A stretch of DNA of 64,000 bases from an uncultured delta proteobacterium (GCA_963704865.1 CAVPIE010000002.1:395415-459414); one strand, 5' to 3'. Shown: positions 11,930 to 22,423, counted from the first letter of the stretch. Notes: generated from the letters alone by a model not told the origin. Made by a program: numbers and translations.

Positions 11930-12748
11930 TCAGTCTCCAAGCACTCTCCGGCGCGTCAATCGGACCGAAAGAAGGGTGCACGGAACCAGGAAAAGAGTCG
12001 TCGATGCGAGCAAGCCGAGAAGGTGTGAACCCGGGTTCCCGAGCACCAGAAGGCCGCGCGCGCACTCCGCGAGTTGGTAGACCGGATTGACCTGCATCAG
12101 TGCCTGCAACACTGGGCTCTGCGGCTCGATTGGAAAGAACGTGTTGCTGACCAAGCTCAAGGGCCAGCCGATCAGGAAGACCGGATAGTTCATGTGATCG
12201 ATCGCCGGGACGATCGCGGTGAAGATCAGGGCGAACGACGCAAACGCGCAGCCAGCGATGAACCCCAGCAGGGGCAGGAACACGAGGAACCCGACTTTCA
12301 CGTCGACGAAGCCCAGCAAATCGAAGACCGCGATGACCAGTGAGACGATCGAAACGTTGACCATTCCGCGCACGGCGGCCCAGAGGATTTCGCCCCACAC
12401 CACGCTTGGAAGCTCGACCTGCGTCGCCAGGATGCCGTCCCAAGTCTTCTGGTAGAACATTCGGACATACGCCGAGTAGAGCGCTTCGAAATACGGCGTG
12501 CCAAAAGCCGTATAGGCGATCAGCCCCGGCGCGACGTAGGTCGCGTAGTTGATCATCGTGCCCTGGTAGTTGAGGTCTTCGACGAAGCCGCCGAATCCGA
12601 TGCCGAAGGCCAGGAAGAAGACGACCGGTTCCATCGCTGGAGGGATCACGGCCGTACGCCAGTTCCGCAGAAAAACCAGAGCATTTCTGCGAAAGACGGC
12701 CCAGGAGCGCCAGTTGGCAACGGCCGTGAGGCTCCGCAAGCCGCTCAT
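11930..12748 (-). CDS. ABC-2 type transporter permease
   Basis: The product is a six-helix hydrophobic protein, MSGLRSLTAVANWRSWAVFRRNALVFLRNWR..., typical of the ABC-2/NodJ/DrrB family. Its start at 12748 forms an ATGA overlap with the stop of the ATPase gene. The longer ORF to 12928 overlaps that gene and is rejected. Confidence 0.8.
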   Translation of the reverse strand: MSGLRSLTAVANWRSWAVFRRNALVFLRNWRTAVIPPAMEPVVFFLAFGIGFGGFVEDLNYQGTMINYATYVAPGLIAYTAFGTPYFEALYSAYVRMFYQKTWDGILATQVELPSVVWGEILWAAVRGMVNVSIVSLVIAVFDLLGFVDVKVGFLVFLPLLGFIAGCAFASFALIFTAIVPAIDHMNYPVFLIGWPLSLVSNTFFPIEPQSPVLQALMQVNPVYQLAECARGLLVLGNPGSHLLGLLASTTLFLVPCTLLSVRLTRRRVLGD

Positions 12749-13668
12749 TTGGACCGGCCATTGCGGCGCGCCAGAGCGATGAAGAGGTCGTCCAGGTTGG
12801 GTGGGCGCACCTGCCAAGTTGCCTCGCCGAACTGGGCCGTGAGCGCAGCGAGAACTTCCTTGCTCACCGGAACGCGAAGCTCTCCGAGCACCGTCGCCAC
12901 TTGCTCTGCGCCTCGGTCTCGTAGCCACGCTGCGATCGCCTCACGCGCTGGCTCTGCGCGAGGCACGATGATGACGTGATCTCCGAGGACGCTGTCGATG
13001 ACGCGATACGGTTCGCCATGGACGACGTTCCGGCCTTCGTGCATCACGAGCAGCTCGTCGCTCAATCGCTCGGCTTCGTCCATGTAGTGGGTCGTGAGCA
13101 CGATTGCCAAGCCCTCGGCGCGCATTCCGTCGATCAGCTCCCAGACGTCGAGGCGCGCGCTGGGGTCGAGACCGGTTGTCGGTTCGTCGAGGAACAAGAC
13201 TCTGGGCCGATGCACGATCGAACGCGCAATGAGAAGTCGCCGAACGTATCCTCCCGAGAGCACGTGCGGTGAGGCATCGGCGTAGGGCGCAAGCTCGAAG
13301 CGGTCGAGAAGCTCCGCGACCCGGCCTTTCAGGTCTTCTACCCTCGGGCGAAAGTAGCTCGCGTAGATCAGGAGGTTTTGCGCGACCGTGAAATCGTAGT
13401 CGAGCGAATCGTGTTGGGTACTCACGCCGATGATCCGCTTCGCCCTGGCCCGATTCTCGGAAAACCGCGTCCCTTCGTACAAGATCGTGCCTTCATCGGG
13501 AGGAACGAAGCCATAAAGCATCCGCAGGGTGGTCGTCTTTCCGGCGCCATTGGGACCGAGAAGGCCGAGGACCGTGCCCCGGCGGCAGCACAAGTCGAGA
13601 TGATCGACGACCACGCGGTCTCCGTAGCTTTTGGTCAGATCGCGCGCTTCGAGAATTGCTGTCGTCAT
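12745..13668 (-). CDS. ABC transporter ATP-binding protein (ABC-2 exporter partner)
   Basis: Walker A is GPNGAGKTT, the signature motif is LSGGYVRR, and Walker B is VLFLDEPTTGLD. Confidence 0.9.
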   Translation of the reverse strand: MTTAILEARDLTKSYGDRVVVDHLDLCCRRGTVLGLLGPNGAGKTTTLRMLYGFVPPDEGTILYEGTRFSENRARAKRIIGVSTQHDSLDYDFTVAQNLLIYASYFRPRVEDLKGRVAELLDRFELAPYADASPHVLSGGYVRRLLIARSIVHRPRVLFLDEPTTGLDPSARLDVWELIDGMRAEGLAIVLTTHYMDEAERLSDELLVMHEGRNVVHGEPYRVIDSVLGDHVIIVPRAEPAREAIAAWLRDRGAEQVATVLGELRVPVSKEVLAALTAQFGEATWQVRPPNLDDLFIALARRNGRSK

Positions 13669-13687
13669 GCGGAATTGAACCCAGAAC

Positions 13688-14197
13688 GTGACGGGGCCCG
13701 GCTGGGCATCCTACAATGGGAACGTGATCGCGCACGGCACAAATCCGTGGCGTCGCAAAGCAGCGATGGTGAAGCCAAACAACGAAGAGAATGCGACTCC
13801 TTTGAGCAGCGTGGGGCGGGTTCTGGACAGCCGATGGATGATGGCGTTCGCCGTCCTCTCGGTGCTGGTGGCGATCGCCTGGGCTCTGTTGGAGAGCGAC
13901 CCACGCGCACGACCGATCCCTGGCTCCGCGGCGATGCAGCCCATGGCAACCGTCGAGCTGCTTGGCGTGCCGCCCGAGGCGGAGGTCCTTCTCGATGGGA
14001 GAAAGATCGACAACAGCTTGTTCGGAGTTACGCCAGGGACGCGACACGAATTGGAGGTCAGAGACGCGCAGGGACGGACCTGGCGGCAGGTATTTTTGGC
14101 AGAAGGTTCGCTCACGCTCATCGTCGAGCTTCGAACGCAGTTCGTCGAAGTGGAAGTCGAAGTCGCGCCTAAGGGCGCGGCGAAGAAGTCGGACTGA
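13688..14197 (+). CDS. Membrane-anchored PEGA-like domain protein (hypothetical)
   Basis: A single TM helix (WMMAFAVLSVLVAIAWALL) is followed by VELLGVPPEAEVLLDGRKI, which resembles a PEGA domain. The start is uncertain: GTG 13688 or ATG 13766. Confidence 0.55.
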   Translation: MTGPGWASYNGNVIAHGTNPWRRKAAMVKPNNEENATPLSSVGRVLDSRWMMAFAVLSVLVAIAWALLESDPRARPIPGSAAMQPMATVELLGVPPEAEVLLDGRKIDNSLFGVTPGTRHELEVRDAQGRTWRQVFLAEGSLTLIVELRTQFVEVEVEVAPKGAAKKSD

Positions 14198-14753
14198 CCT
14201 CGTAACCGCGGAGCTTGGCGGACACCGTCAGCACGCGATCGCTCACGTTCGAACGCATGGTCGACTCGACCGACACCGGGCCCACCCTCGGACAGTACAC
14301 CGTGCGCACCTCCAGCTCGAGCTTCCCGCCGGTTTCGGAGACCAGCACGCATCCATCGAACGCGCCCGCGCGCGTCTCCACACGCAGCCCCATGGAGACC
14401 AAGCGAGCGGTACGGCCTCCACGGCCCGGCCAAGTCGCACCTTCTTCGAACGGCGCGCGCAGGACCCATTCGTCTCGCGACGGCACCCGAATCCCTTTGG
14501 GGAGCACCTCGTAGCGGAGCAGCGTCTGTGCAGTGCGAACTTCAGCGATCCGTCCGTCAAACGTTTCGACCCGGGACACGGCCAGAGTGGTCGAAGGCTC
14601 GCCCGTGTCGACGTCGTAGGACCAGGCATTGCCGGTTTGCAACGGGTAGAGGTCACTCGGTTCGATCGCTTTCGGTGCCGCAGGGGGCATCGTCGAGGCA
14701 CAGGCCGCCGTGATGAGCGTGGCTGCAGCACCAAGACGAACGGCGGGAGTCAT
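14169..14753 (-). CDS. Hypothetical lipoprotein
   Basis: It has a signal peptide with a lipobox (LITAACAS). Its 3' end overlaps the convergent PEGA-like gene by 29 nt. I recognised no domain. Confidence 0.6.
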   Translation of the reverse strand: MTPAVRLGAAATLITAACASTMPPAAPKAIEPSDLYPLQTGNAWSYDVDTGEPSTTLAVSRVETFDGRIAEVRTAQTLLRYEVLPKGIRVPSRDEWVLRAPFEEGATWPGRGGRTARLVSMGLRVETRAGAFDGCVLVSETGGKLELEVRTVYCPRVGPVSVESTMRSNVSDRVLTVSAKLRGYEVSPTSSPRP

Positions 14754-14830
14754 ACAGGTGAGCCTAGCAGCTCTAATGTAGGCAGCGCGCGCATATTCGC
14801 GATGGGCGACGGGCCTGATAGGATGGATCT

Positions 14831-15220
14831 GTGGCCGAGAAGAAGATGATCCTCGTGCTCGACGACGACCCCTCGGTGAGGCGCATGCTTCAGGTCCTGC
14901 TGGAGCAGGACGGGCACACGGTCGTCGCCGCGGGAGACGTTCGCTCAGCGCTCGCGCAATGCGCTGTGCAGTTGCCGGACTTGATGGTCGTCGATCTCAT
15001 GCTGCCCATCGAAGACGGCGAGATGTTTCTGCGTGAGTTCCGTCGCCGCTGGAGACATCGCGAGGTGCCCGTCGTTCTGCTGAGCGCCAGCACCGCGCGA
15101 AACGACATCGCGCGCCGCCTCGACGTCGAAGCAACCCTTGCAAAGCCGTTTTTCGCGGAGGATCTACGCGAGCTGGTGGCCTCGCTGACGAAGGATCGCG
15201 AGTCCGTCGTGGCAAGCTGA
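14831..15220 (+). CDS. Single-domain response regulator (receiver only)
   Basis: ILVLDDDPSVRRML...DLMVVDLMLPIEDG...VVLLSAS...AKPF matches the canonical CheY-like D-D-T/S-K pattern. Confidence 0.85.
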   Translation: MAEKKMILVLDDDPSVRRMLQVLLEQDGHTVVAAGDVRSALAQCAVQLPDLMVVDLMLPIEDGEMFLREFRRRWRHREVPVVLLSASTARNDIARRLDVEATLAKPFFAEDLRELVASLTKDRESVVAS

Positions 15221-15252
15221 ACCTCGAATCGTCCGATCTCGCCTCGCATGGT

Positions 15253-16095
15253 ATGAGGCGCGAGATGGACCAACTGTACGTGGACGGCTTGTTCTCTGAC
15301 GAAGTCGTTCTAATCACTGGCGGTGGAACGGGCATCGGCCTCGTTGCCGCGACGGAGATGGGCCTGCTGGGCGCCAAGGTTGCGATCTGCGGGAGGCGCC
15401 CAGAGCCCTTAAGGGACGCCGTTGCTGCGCTGGAGTCCAAAGGAATCGAAGCGTTTGGCGCGCCGTGTGACATCCGCGAGCCTGAAGCGATTGCCTCTTA
15501 TGTCGACTCGGTCATCGAACGCTTTGGTCGCATCGACGTCCTGATCAACAATGCGGGCGGTCAGTTCCCGACGACCGCTGAAACACTGTCGCCAAAAGGC
15601 TTTGCGGCAGTCGTTCGCAACAACCTGATCGGCACCTGGTCCATGACGCACGCCGTCGCCAACAAGGCGATGATTCCTCAGAAGCGGGGACGAATCGTCA
15701 ACGTCATCGCGCAAATCATCCGCGGCTTTCCTGGAATGGTGCACACTGGAGCGGCGCGTGCAGGTGTGGACAACATGACGAAGACGCTTGCGGTCGAATG
15801 GGCGCTTCACGGGATTCGGGTCAACGCGGTTGCACCGGGGGTGATCGTCACGAGCGGCACGAAGCAGTATCCACCGGAGCTCCTGGACAGCGCCGAGAAG
15901 GCCAACCCCTTGAAGCGGCTCGGCACCGCGGAGGAAGTCTCCCACCTCATCACCTATTTGGCGTCGCGTTATGCGGATTTCATCGCAGGTCAGACCTTCT
16001 ACATCGACGGAGGCGCCAGCATCTGGGGTGACCAATGGTTTCTCCCCGAAGACGTGCCGAAGTACCCGCCCTACCCGGTGCCCGAGCGGGGCTAG
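15253..16095 (+). CDS. SDR family oxidoreductase (enoyl/dienoyl-CoA reductase-like)
   Basis: The Rossmann motif VVLITGGGTGIG is present, along with NNAGG and later SDR blocks. The product is 280 aa. Confidence 0.8.
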   Translation: MRREMDQLYVDGLFSDEVVLITGGGTGIGLVAATEMGLLGAKVAICGRRPEPLRDAVAALESKGIEAFGAPCDIREPEAIASYVDSVIERFGRIDVLINNAGGQFPTTAETLSPKGFAAVVRNNLIGTWSMTHAVANKAMIPQKRGRIVNVIAQIIRGFPGMVHTGAARAGVDNMTKTLAVEWALHGIRVNAVAPGVIVTSGTKQYPPELLDSAEKANPLKRLGTAEEVSHLITYLASRYADFIAGQTFYIDGGASIWGDQWFLPEDVPKYPPYPVPERG

Positions 16096-16892
16096 GGGCG
16101 CGGCTTCTTCTGGAAGACACTGATCAGATACGCGCAGCCCACTCCGACGAAGTAGAGCAGAATGAGCGGGATGAGCATCATCACCATCGTGTAGACATCC
16201 TGCGGTGTCAGCAGCATCGAGATGAATGCCGCGCAGACGATCCACCAGCGCGAAAATCTCAAGAGCTGCTGCCAGGTCACGATGCCTGCACCAGCGAGGA
16301 AGGTTACGATGACCGGAACCTCGAAGACGATGCCGAAGGCCAGCAGCATCCGGCGGAAGAACGGCATGTAGTCTTTGACGAAGAGCGTCGCGACCAGGGT
16401 TTCGTCGCTGAAGCCTAGCAAGACGGTGAACGCCTCGGGAAAGACGAGCTTGTAGCCAAAAATCGCTCCTCCGGTGAAACAGAGGGTCGACGCGATGATG
16501 AACGGAACGGCTAACGCTTTTTCCTTTTTGTACAGACCCGGCGCGATGAACATCCAGAGCTGCCAGAAGATCCACGGGGAAGCGAGGAGCACGCCCGCGA
16601 TGAGCGAGTTCTTCATGTACATCATGAAGGCGTCCGCGGGCCCGGCGAATCGGAGCACGGCCTCACCCGGTAGATTCAGCTTTTCCCAGGCGGGCTGAAG
16701 CGGCGCGATGAGGAAGTCTTTGATCTCTTTCTTGAAGATCCAACCCACCGCGACGGCTGGAATCAAACCTAGGATGGACCGCAGCAAACGAGACCGGAGC
16801 TCGTTGAGATGCTGAAAGAAGGTCATCTCCTGATCCTCTTCGGGAACGCGCGCCTGCTCGGGCTCCGGGATTTGGATCTCCGCGGATGTCAT
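16092..16892 (-). CDS. tatC: Twin-arginine translocase subunit TatC
   Basis: MTFFQHLNELRSRLLRSILG is followed by a six-TM profile typical of TatC. There is an ATGA overlap with the upstream tatA/B gene. Confidence 0.9.
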   Translation of the reverse strand: MTSAEIQIPEPEQARVPEEDQEMTFFQHLNELRSRLLRSILGLIPAVAVGWIFKKEIKDFLIAPLQPAWEKLNLPGEAVLRFAGPADAFMMYMKNSLIAGVLLASPWIFWQLWMFIAPGLYKKEKALAVPFIIASTLCFTGGAIFGYKLVFPEAFTVLLGFSDETLVATLFVKDYMPFFRRMLLAFGIVFEVPVIVTFLAGAGIVTWQQLLRFSRWWIVCAAFISMLLTPQDVYTMVMMLIPLILLYFVGVGCAYLISVFQKKPRP

Positions 16893-17263
16893 GGACGCTT
16901 CGCCTCGACCGGTGCAGTTGCCTCGTCGGCGGGCTCGGGCTCATCAGCGAGCGCAGCGGCGGGAGGAGGCGGAGGAAGCCGGCTGGGCGTTTCACCCGCG
17001 ACGGGCGTCGGTGAGTCCGCCTTCTCTTCCTCGACGGGAACGGGTCGGGCTTTCGGCGGGCGAACGGGAGGCGCACGGAACGGGTCGCCTTCGCGCATCA
17101 GCTCGTCGAGCCCGATCGCTTCTTTGAACTCACGGCTGGCATTTCGTACCTGGCGGAGGCCCTTGCCGACGGTGCGCATGAACGTCGGCAGCCGATCCGG
17201 CCCAACCGCCAGCAGGACGATCACGAGGAAGAAGGCTAGCTCCGTCGGGCCGATGCCAAACAT
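16889..17263 (-). CDS. tatA: Twin-arginine translocase TatA/TatB family protein
   Basis: MFGIGPTELAFFLVIVLLAVGPDRLP is followed by an amphipathic helix and a Pro/Ala-rich tail. Confidence 0.85.
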   Translation of the reverse strand: MFGIGPTELAFFLVIVLLAVGPDRLPTFMRTVGKGLRQVRNASREFKEAIGLDELMREGDPFRAPPVRPPKARPVPVEEEKADSPTPVAGETPSRLPPPPPAAALADEPEPADEATAPVEAKRP

Positions 17264-17354
17264 GCGCTCCTAAGATGAATCCTTGCCCCCCCGGATGGCA
17301 ACCAGATGCAAGCTGCAGGTAGTCCGAGGAACCACCAGCCCGTCATGGCGGGAG

Positions 17355-18884
17355 TCACGACTCCAATCGAATCCGGCGGAGGCGATCGACGGCCCGGTGC
17401 ATGATTCGCACCCGATTCTCGTAGTCGCGCGTCAGCTCCTGAATGCGGTTCGCCGCCACCAAAGTCTGCTCGGAGCTGTCCGAATGCTTCCGATGAGACT
17501 GATGGAGCTGCAGGACCATGTCGGAAATGTTTTCGATGGAGCCGCTCATTTGGCGGCCACCTTCGGCCTGCTCCTGGCTGCTTCGCTCCATCTGCTGGGT
17601 GATGAGGCGCATGTTGTCCGCGCTCTTCATGATCAGCTCGGAGCCTCTCGCCTGCTCGGCCGTGGCCGCAGCGATCTGCTGCACCGTCTCGGCGATGCGC
17701 CCGATGGCATCGGTTACCTGCTTCGAGCCCCTGGCCTGCTCGACGGTCGCCTGCGCAATTCCCCGCACCATCGTCGTCGACTGCTTGGAAGATTCGAGGA
17801 TCTTCTTGAGCGCACGTTCGGCCTCTGCGCTCACCGTCACGCCTCGGTCGACGGTGCTGGCGCCACGCTCGACGGCTTCAATCGCGTTCTTGGTTTCTAC
17901 CTGAATCGTCTTGATCAGCTCGGCGATTTCCTTCGTGGAAGCTCCGGCACGCTCGGCGAGGTCCTTGATTTCGTCCGCTACGACGGCAAAGCCCTTGCCG
18001 TGCTCGCCGGCCTGTGCAGCGATGATCGCAGCGTTCAGCGCGAGCAGGTTCGTTTGCTCCGCGACCTCGTCGATCACGTTCAAAATGTCGCCGATCGCCT
18101 CGATGCGGTCGCCGAGGTTGGCAATCGTGCTCACCGCCTCGAGCGAAGAGGACTTGATTCGATTGATCTCGTCGGTGATCTTGAGAATCGAGTCGGCGCC
18201 GGTTTCCGCGTCGGCCGCGACCTCGGCCGACAGGCGCGCCGTCTCGTTGGCGCTCGACTGCACCTGGTCGATCGACACATCCATTTCGTTCATCGACGAC
18301 GCTGTCTCGTCGGCGGTCTGCGCCAGTGCATCCACGTTCCGCGCGACTTCCTTGATGCTGTAGGTCATTTCCTCAATCGACGATGCCGTCTCTCGAACGC
18401 TCGAGCCGAGGTTGCCCATGTTTTCGGCGACCTCGTGGTTGGTCGCGTTCATTTGCAGGACGCTCGAGGCACTCTCTTCGGTGCATGACGACAGTGCTTC
18501 GACCCGATCGCTAATCGACTGCAGGGAGATCGCCATCGACTTGATCGCCCGCGCGGTTTCCTCGACTGCGACTATTTGCTCTCCGAGCCCGCTCGAAAGC
18601 TCCTTGACGTTCTCGCCAATGACGCCTTCGACCTCTTCGATTTCGCTATTGATTGCGCGAATTTGGGCATCGACGGCTTCGACCTCGATCGAAGCGGGCA
18701 GGCCGGAGACGATGATCATGAATCCGACGAATCCAAGAACCGCAGAGACCACGCCCGCGATCGAGGCTGCGTACGGCCCATGCAGCGCGCCCAGGGCGAC
18801 CCCGACCGGACCGGCGACGACCGCGAGCGCAAAGCACATGAAGCCCGGAACTAGATATCGACTCTTGGCGATTGCCCGAAACAT
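17355..18884 (-). CDS. Methyl-accepting chemotaxis protein
   Basis: The conserved signalling hairpin [33 protein letters not shown] is present. Two N-terminal TM helices lie close together, so there is no large periplasmic domain. The cytoplasmic region is a long heptad-repeat. Confidence 0.9.
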   Translation of the reverse strand: MFRAIAKSRYLVPGFMCFALAVVAGPVGVALGALHGPYAASIAGVVSAVLGFVGFMIIVSGLPASIEVEAVDAQIRAINSEIEEVEGVIGENVKELSSGLGEQIVAVEETARAIKSMAISLQSISDRVEALSSCTEESASSVLQMNATNHEVAENMGNLGSSVRETASSIEEMTYSIKEVARNVDALAQTADETASSMNEMDVSIDQVQSSANETARLSAEVAADAETGADSILKITDEINRIKSSSLEAVSTIANLGDRIEAIGDILNVIDEVAEQTNLLALNAAIIAAQAGEHGKGFAVVADEIKDLAERAGASTKEIAELIKTIQVETKNAIEAVERGASTVDRGVTVSAEAERALKKILESSKQSTTMVRGIAQATVEQARGSKQVTDAIGRIAETVQQIAAATAEQARGSELIMKSADNMRLITQQMERSSQEQAEGGRQMSGSIENISDMVLQLHQSHRKHSDSSEQTLVAANRIQELTRDYENRVRIMHRAVDRLRRIRLES

Positions 18885-18976
18885 AACCCCCCGTTACCGA
18901 CGTTCAGAGTATCGAACCCGGGGAGTCACCGGCAAGTTCCCCAGCTCGGGCCTTCGACCGACCAGGGATCGTCCGT

Positions 18977-19612
18977 TCAGAGTGGATTGGTGAGCAGCTG
19001 CATCGCGATCTGGAGCGCAAGGGAGTAATCCCCCTCCATCTTGAGCTTGCCGCCGAGGAATAGCTCCTGAGCCGTGAGCTCTCCGCGCTGGACCAGCTCC
19101 AAATCCGAAAACTGCAGCTCCGTCGTGAAACCTGGCTCTACAGGGGGCTCGAGCACGTTGAAGCCTAGGCGAACTTTGACGTCCCCAAGCTCAGGCACCC
19201 CGTGGAGCGTGACGTGGCAGGTGAGTGGCTGGCCTGCCAGGGCGTCCTCGAATCGCTTGGAAGCCGTCTGAGCGGCCCCGATCGCCACCTCTTCATCGTC
19301 GAGAGCCCCCGATTTGGCTGCTTCTCCGAGGAGAAGGCTCGCTGCTCGACCTGGAAGCGCCGCGGCGATCCTGATCGGGACTCCCTCGGCCGGGGCTGCG
19401 CCCGAGCTGAGCGCTCCGTCCTTCGCCGAGAGCACGACGGGCGGCTCGTCGTCGATTTGGAGGCTCGCGGCGCCGGTCACCCCCTTCACGTCATCCAAGA
19501 TGCGCTGAGCGCGCTCGTCCCCACCCGCGGCGCGGCTCTGAAGGACTGTCACCCCCCGGTCGAAGAGCTTGGGAAAGCTCTCCCGAAGGAACTCAATTGC
19601 TGATGTTGTCAT
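18977..19612 (-). CDS. SCP2 sterol-binding domain protein
   Basis: The C-terminus has LFLGGKLKMEGDYSLALQI, typical of the SCP-2 fold. I chose the ATG at 19612 (MTTSAIEFL...). Confidence 0.6.
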   Translation of the reverse strand: MTTSAIEFLRESFPKLFDRGVTVLQSRAAGGDERAQRILDDVKGVTGAASLQIDDEPPVVLSAKDGALSSGAAPAEGVPIRIAAALPGRAASLLLGEAAKSGALDDEEVAIGAAQTASKRFEDALAGQPLTCHVTLHGVPELGDVKVRLGFNVLEPPVEPGFTTELQFSDLELVQRGELTAQELFLGGKLKMEGDYSLALQIAMQLLTNPL

Positions 19613-19684
19613 GCGGCGCGGAGCATAGCGAACGATCACCTCACCTCAAGCTGGCGAAATCTCCCAGAATCGGCCACCATCTCG

Positions 19685-22387
19685 ATGATGCCGGATCAGG
19701 AGCACCGGCCTACCATCTTGATGGTGGGCCAGGGCGAGCCGATGCAGACCGCGTTGGGGGAAGCGCTTCGGCGCCATGGGATTTCCGTCGCTGCGTCTGC
19801 AACTGCGGAGCTCGAACAAGCCGTTCGCGTGTATGCGCCGGACATGGTTGTACTTATCGGCGATGCGGCCATCCGTGGAGGCGAGAGCGTCGTGCGACGC
19901 ATGGCAGAGAATCGGGCGACCGACGTCCTGCCCGTCGCCGTCGTGTCGAACGACGCGGTCCTCAAAGACGAAGCTCGGGATTTTCGATCAGGTGCCGTGG
20001 CGGTGGTTTCGCGCGGCGCGGGCGCGGACAGCATCGCGCGCCAACTGGCGGAGCTCGCCGACGAGGTTCCCCGTCGACCCGGGTTCGTGGCCGGCGCGTT
20101 GGACGAGAGCAATCTCCAAGAGCTGCTCGATCTGGTCTCCGACGAAAGCAAGACGGGCATTCTGAGTGTTCGCTCGCCGAATGGCATGCTCGACGGCATG
20201 CCGTTCGTCATCGAGACCGAGCGCAGCTCCGCACATCATACGCAGAAGATCCTCGATTGCCTGCGTGAGGCGGTCGCCGACGCGAAGCCCCTCGAGTACG
20301 AGTTCCACGAAACGACCGGAGGAAGGCTTTCGACGTTGCCATCCGCTGCGCCGCCGCGGAACGTCGACTTGAAGGCACTGCATGGCTCGCGGGTCGTCGT
20401 CCTCGATTCCAACGAGCTTCGCGCCGAGAAACTCGCGACGATGCTCAGCGCCCGGGGCGTTCAGATCGCGGCGGCGGACTTCTCGACCGCGGTGATTCCG
20501 CGGATTCGTGAGGTTGATCCGCAGGTCGTCGTGCTCGACTCTAGCGCCGTCGGTGGCCGCGGTGTCGAGTTCGTGCGCGCCATGCGAAAAGACCCTCAGC
20601 TGCGCTGGGCGTCGATGCTGGTCGTGCGTTGGGAAGACTTCTGGCCGACCTCTGAATCGGATGCGGAGCCCGACCTGCCCCAGCTCGCAGGCCGGCTCCT
20701 TCCGATGATCGATCAAGACGCCGAGCAAGCGCGCCGAGCCGAGAACGAAATCGATTTCGACACCAGGCTCGAGCTGATCGGGCCAGGACGACTGCTCCGC
20801 GCGCTCGGCTCCGTCCCGGGTGTCCGCCGCGTGTCGATTAGCGGAAGTAGACGGAACATCGACGTCGACGTCGCCGACAACTCGATCGTCGGCGCGTACG
20901 CCACGCTGGACGAAGGTACCAAGCAAACCCTTCAAGGCATCCCGGCGCTCCTCGCTCTGTGGGGCCTGAACGCAGGCCGCGTATCGGTGCGCGAACAGGA
21001 CCTGCCCTCCGTAGCGAACATCATGATGCCCGTGGACGAGGCGCTCGGCGTGATCTCGCATGAGCTCGGCTTTGCAGACGGAGATGCTGGCGTCGAAGTC
21101 AATGCCGCGACGATTCCGCCGGGTGTGCCCGACGCCGAAGAGTACGCGACGGAGCCGCCGGAATCTGCGACGCCCAGCTCGTTCAACGAATCGAAAACGA
21201 TGGCGCCCGCGCGCTTTGCACACCTGCAGGCCGCGCGCGGTGAAGCTCCGGCTGGCGCGTTTGCTGGGGAGGAAACCCCAACGAACAAGGTCGGGCGGTT
21301 GCTCGGTCGTGTCGAGACCAGGCAGCGGACCGTTCCGGTTGCCCGAGGGGCGCAAGAGAGCCACGACCACGGCGGGCACGTCGATCACGCACACGCGGGG
21401 CCTCGAAAGCCAAAGGCGACCGAAGTCGGTCTGGCCCCAGCGTTCGAGATGCTGCCGCAGGAGGTCTTCCAGGAACAGAAGACGGTTCGGGTGCCGCGCA
21501 AGCCAACTCCGCCGCCGCCTCCGATCGATAGCCGAGCTCCGACCGGCGAGCCGATGGCCAAGTCGGACTCCATGTTCGAGCCCGAGCTGGCTCAAAAATT
21601 GGAAGGCGCGACGATGCTTGCGCCCGGCCCCGCATCCCGGGGACTGCCCGCCTCGATCCAAGCTCTGCTCTTGACGGCATTGATCGCAGGAGTCGGCGTG
21701 CTCGGCTGGCAGCTTTGGATGCGCAGCAGCTCGGACGCACCGGAGTCGGTGGCAACGGCATCGGACGACGAAGGCCAAAAGCGTCCCATCACCGAACCGC
21801 TCAACGCGGTCGGGGAGGTCAGGGAGGCCGAACCCGAGAGCGACGAAGTCGCCATGGCGTTCGGGGAAGGCGAGGTCGAGCAGCAGCCAGCTGCCGACGT
21901 GAAGATCCCCAAGGCGAAGCCCGAACCGAAAGCGGCAGAAGAAGCCAAGCCCAAATCGAAGGCCCCCGCTGTCGCAGCGGCCAGGCCCGGGGTCCCCACC
22001 CAGAATCTGCCGCGCGATCCGGCGAAGGCCTCGGACGTGCTTGTACATCGCGCAATGCCAATGATTCGGAGCGGCCGGCTGTCCTTGGCCGAAGCGACCC
22101 TGGATCGCGCTTGGGAGCTCGATCCGAAGAACCCGCAGGCGATGGCGGGGTACGCGACCCTGTTCATCGCGAAAAAAGACCCGGGCCGTGCGACCAAATG
22201 GGCCAAGAAAGCCGTTCGAAAGCGGCCGCGCCGGGTCGAGTACCACGTGCTTTACGGCGATGCGCTCCGGCTGGAAGACGACACCGAGGCTGCCCGCAAA
22301 GCCTGGCGGAGAGCCTTGTCGATCGACCCGAACAACCGGGCTGCCAAAGCCCGTCTCGCCGAGACCGGCAGACGCGTCGCCAATTAG
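19685..22387 (+). CDS. Large multidomain protein: two pseudo-receiver modules each followed by a DUF4388/PATAN-like segment, then a Pro-rich linker, one TM helix and C-terminal TPR repeats
   Basis: The receiver-like blocks TILMVGQG...PDMVVLIGD and RVVVLDSNE...PQVVVLDS lack the canonical acidic pocket spacing. Segments LQELLDLVSDESKTGILSV and GRLLRALGSVPGVRRVSI resemble DUF4388. The TM helix is ALLLTALIAGVGVLGWQLW. TPR-like repeats lie at the C-terminus (..YGDALRLEDDTEAARKAWRRALSIDPNN..). Confidence 0.7.
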   Translation: MMPDQEHRPTILMVGQGEPMQTALGEALRRHGISVAASATAELEQAVRVYAPDMVVLIGDAAIRGGESVVRRMAENRATDVLPVAVVSNDAVLKDEARDFRSGAVAVVSRGAGADSIARQLAELADEVPRRPGFVAGALDESNLQELLDLVSDESKTGILSVRSPNGMLDGMPFVIETERSSAHHTQKILDCLREAVADAKPLEYEFHETTGGRLSTLPSAAPPRNVDLKALHGSRVVVLDSNELRAEKLATMLSARGVQIAAADFSTAVIPRIREVDPQVVVLDSSAVGGRGVEFVRAMRKDPQLRWASMLVVRWEDFWPTSESDAEPDLPQLAGRLLPMIDQDAEQARRAENEIDFDTRLELIGPGRLLRALGSVPGVRRVSISGSRRNIDVDVADNSIVGAYATLDEGTKQTLQGIPALLALWGLNAGRVSVREQDLPSVANIMMPVDEALGVISHELGFADGDAGVEVNAATIPPGVPDAEEYATEPPESATPSSFNESKTMAPARFAHLQAARGEAPAGAFAGEETPTNKVGRLLGRVETRQRTVPVARGAQESHDHGGHVDHAHAGPRKPKATEVGLAPAFEMLPQEVFQEQKTVRVPRKPTPPPPPIDSRAPTGEPMAKSDSMFEPELAQKLEGATMLAPGPASRGLPASIQALLLTALIAGVGVLGWQLWMRSSSDAPESVATASDDEGQKRPITEPLNAVGEVREAEPESDEVAMAFGEGEVEQQPAADVKIPKAKPEPKAAEEAKPKSKAPAVAAARPGVPTQNLPRDPAKASDVLVHRAMPMIRSGRLSLAEATLDRAWELDPKNPQAMAGYATLFIAKKDPGRATKWAKKAVRKRPRRVEYHVLYGDALRLEDDTEAARKAWRRALSIDPNNRAAKARLAETGRRVAN

Positions 22388-22423
22388 TTGCCCCGGATGG
22401 AGCCTGGGGCCTAGCGTCGGGCC

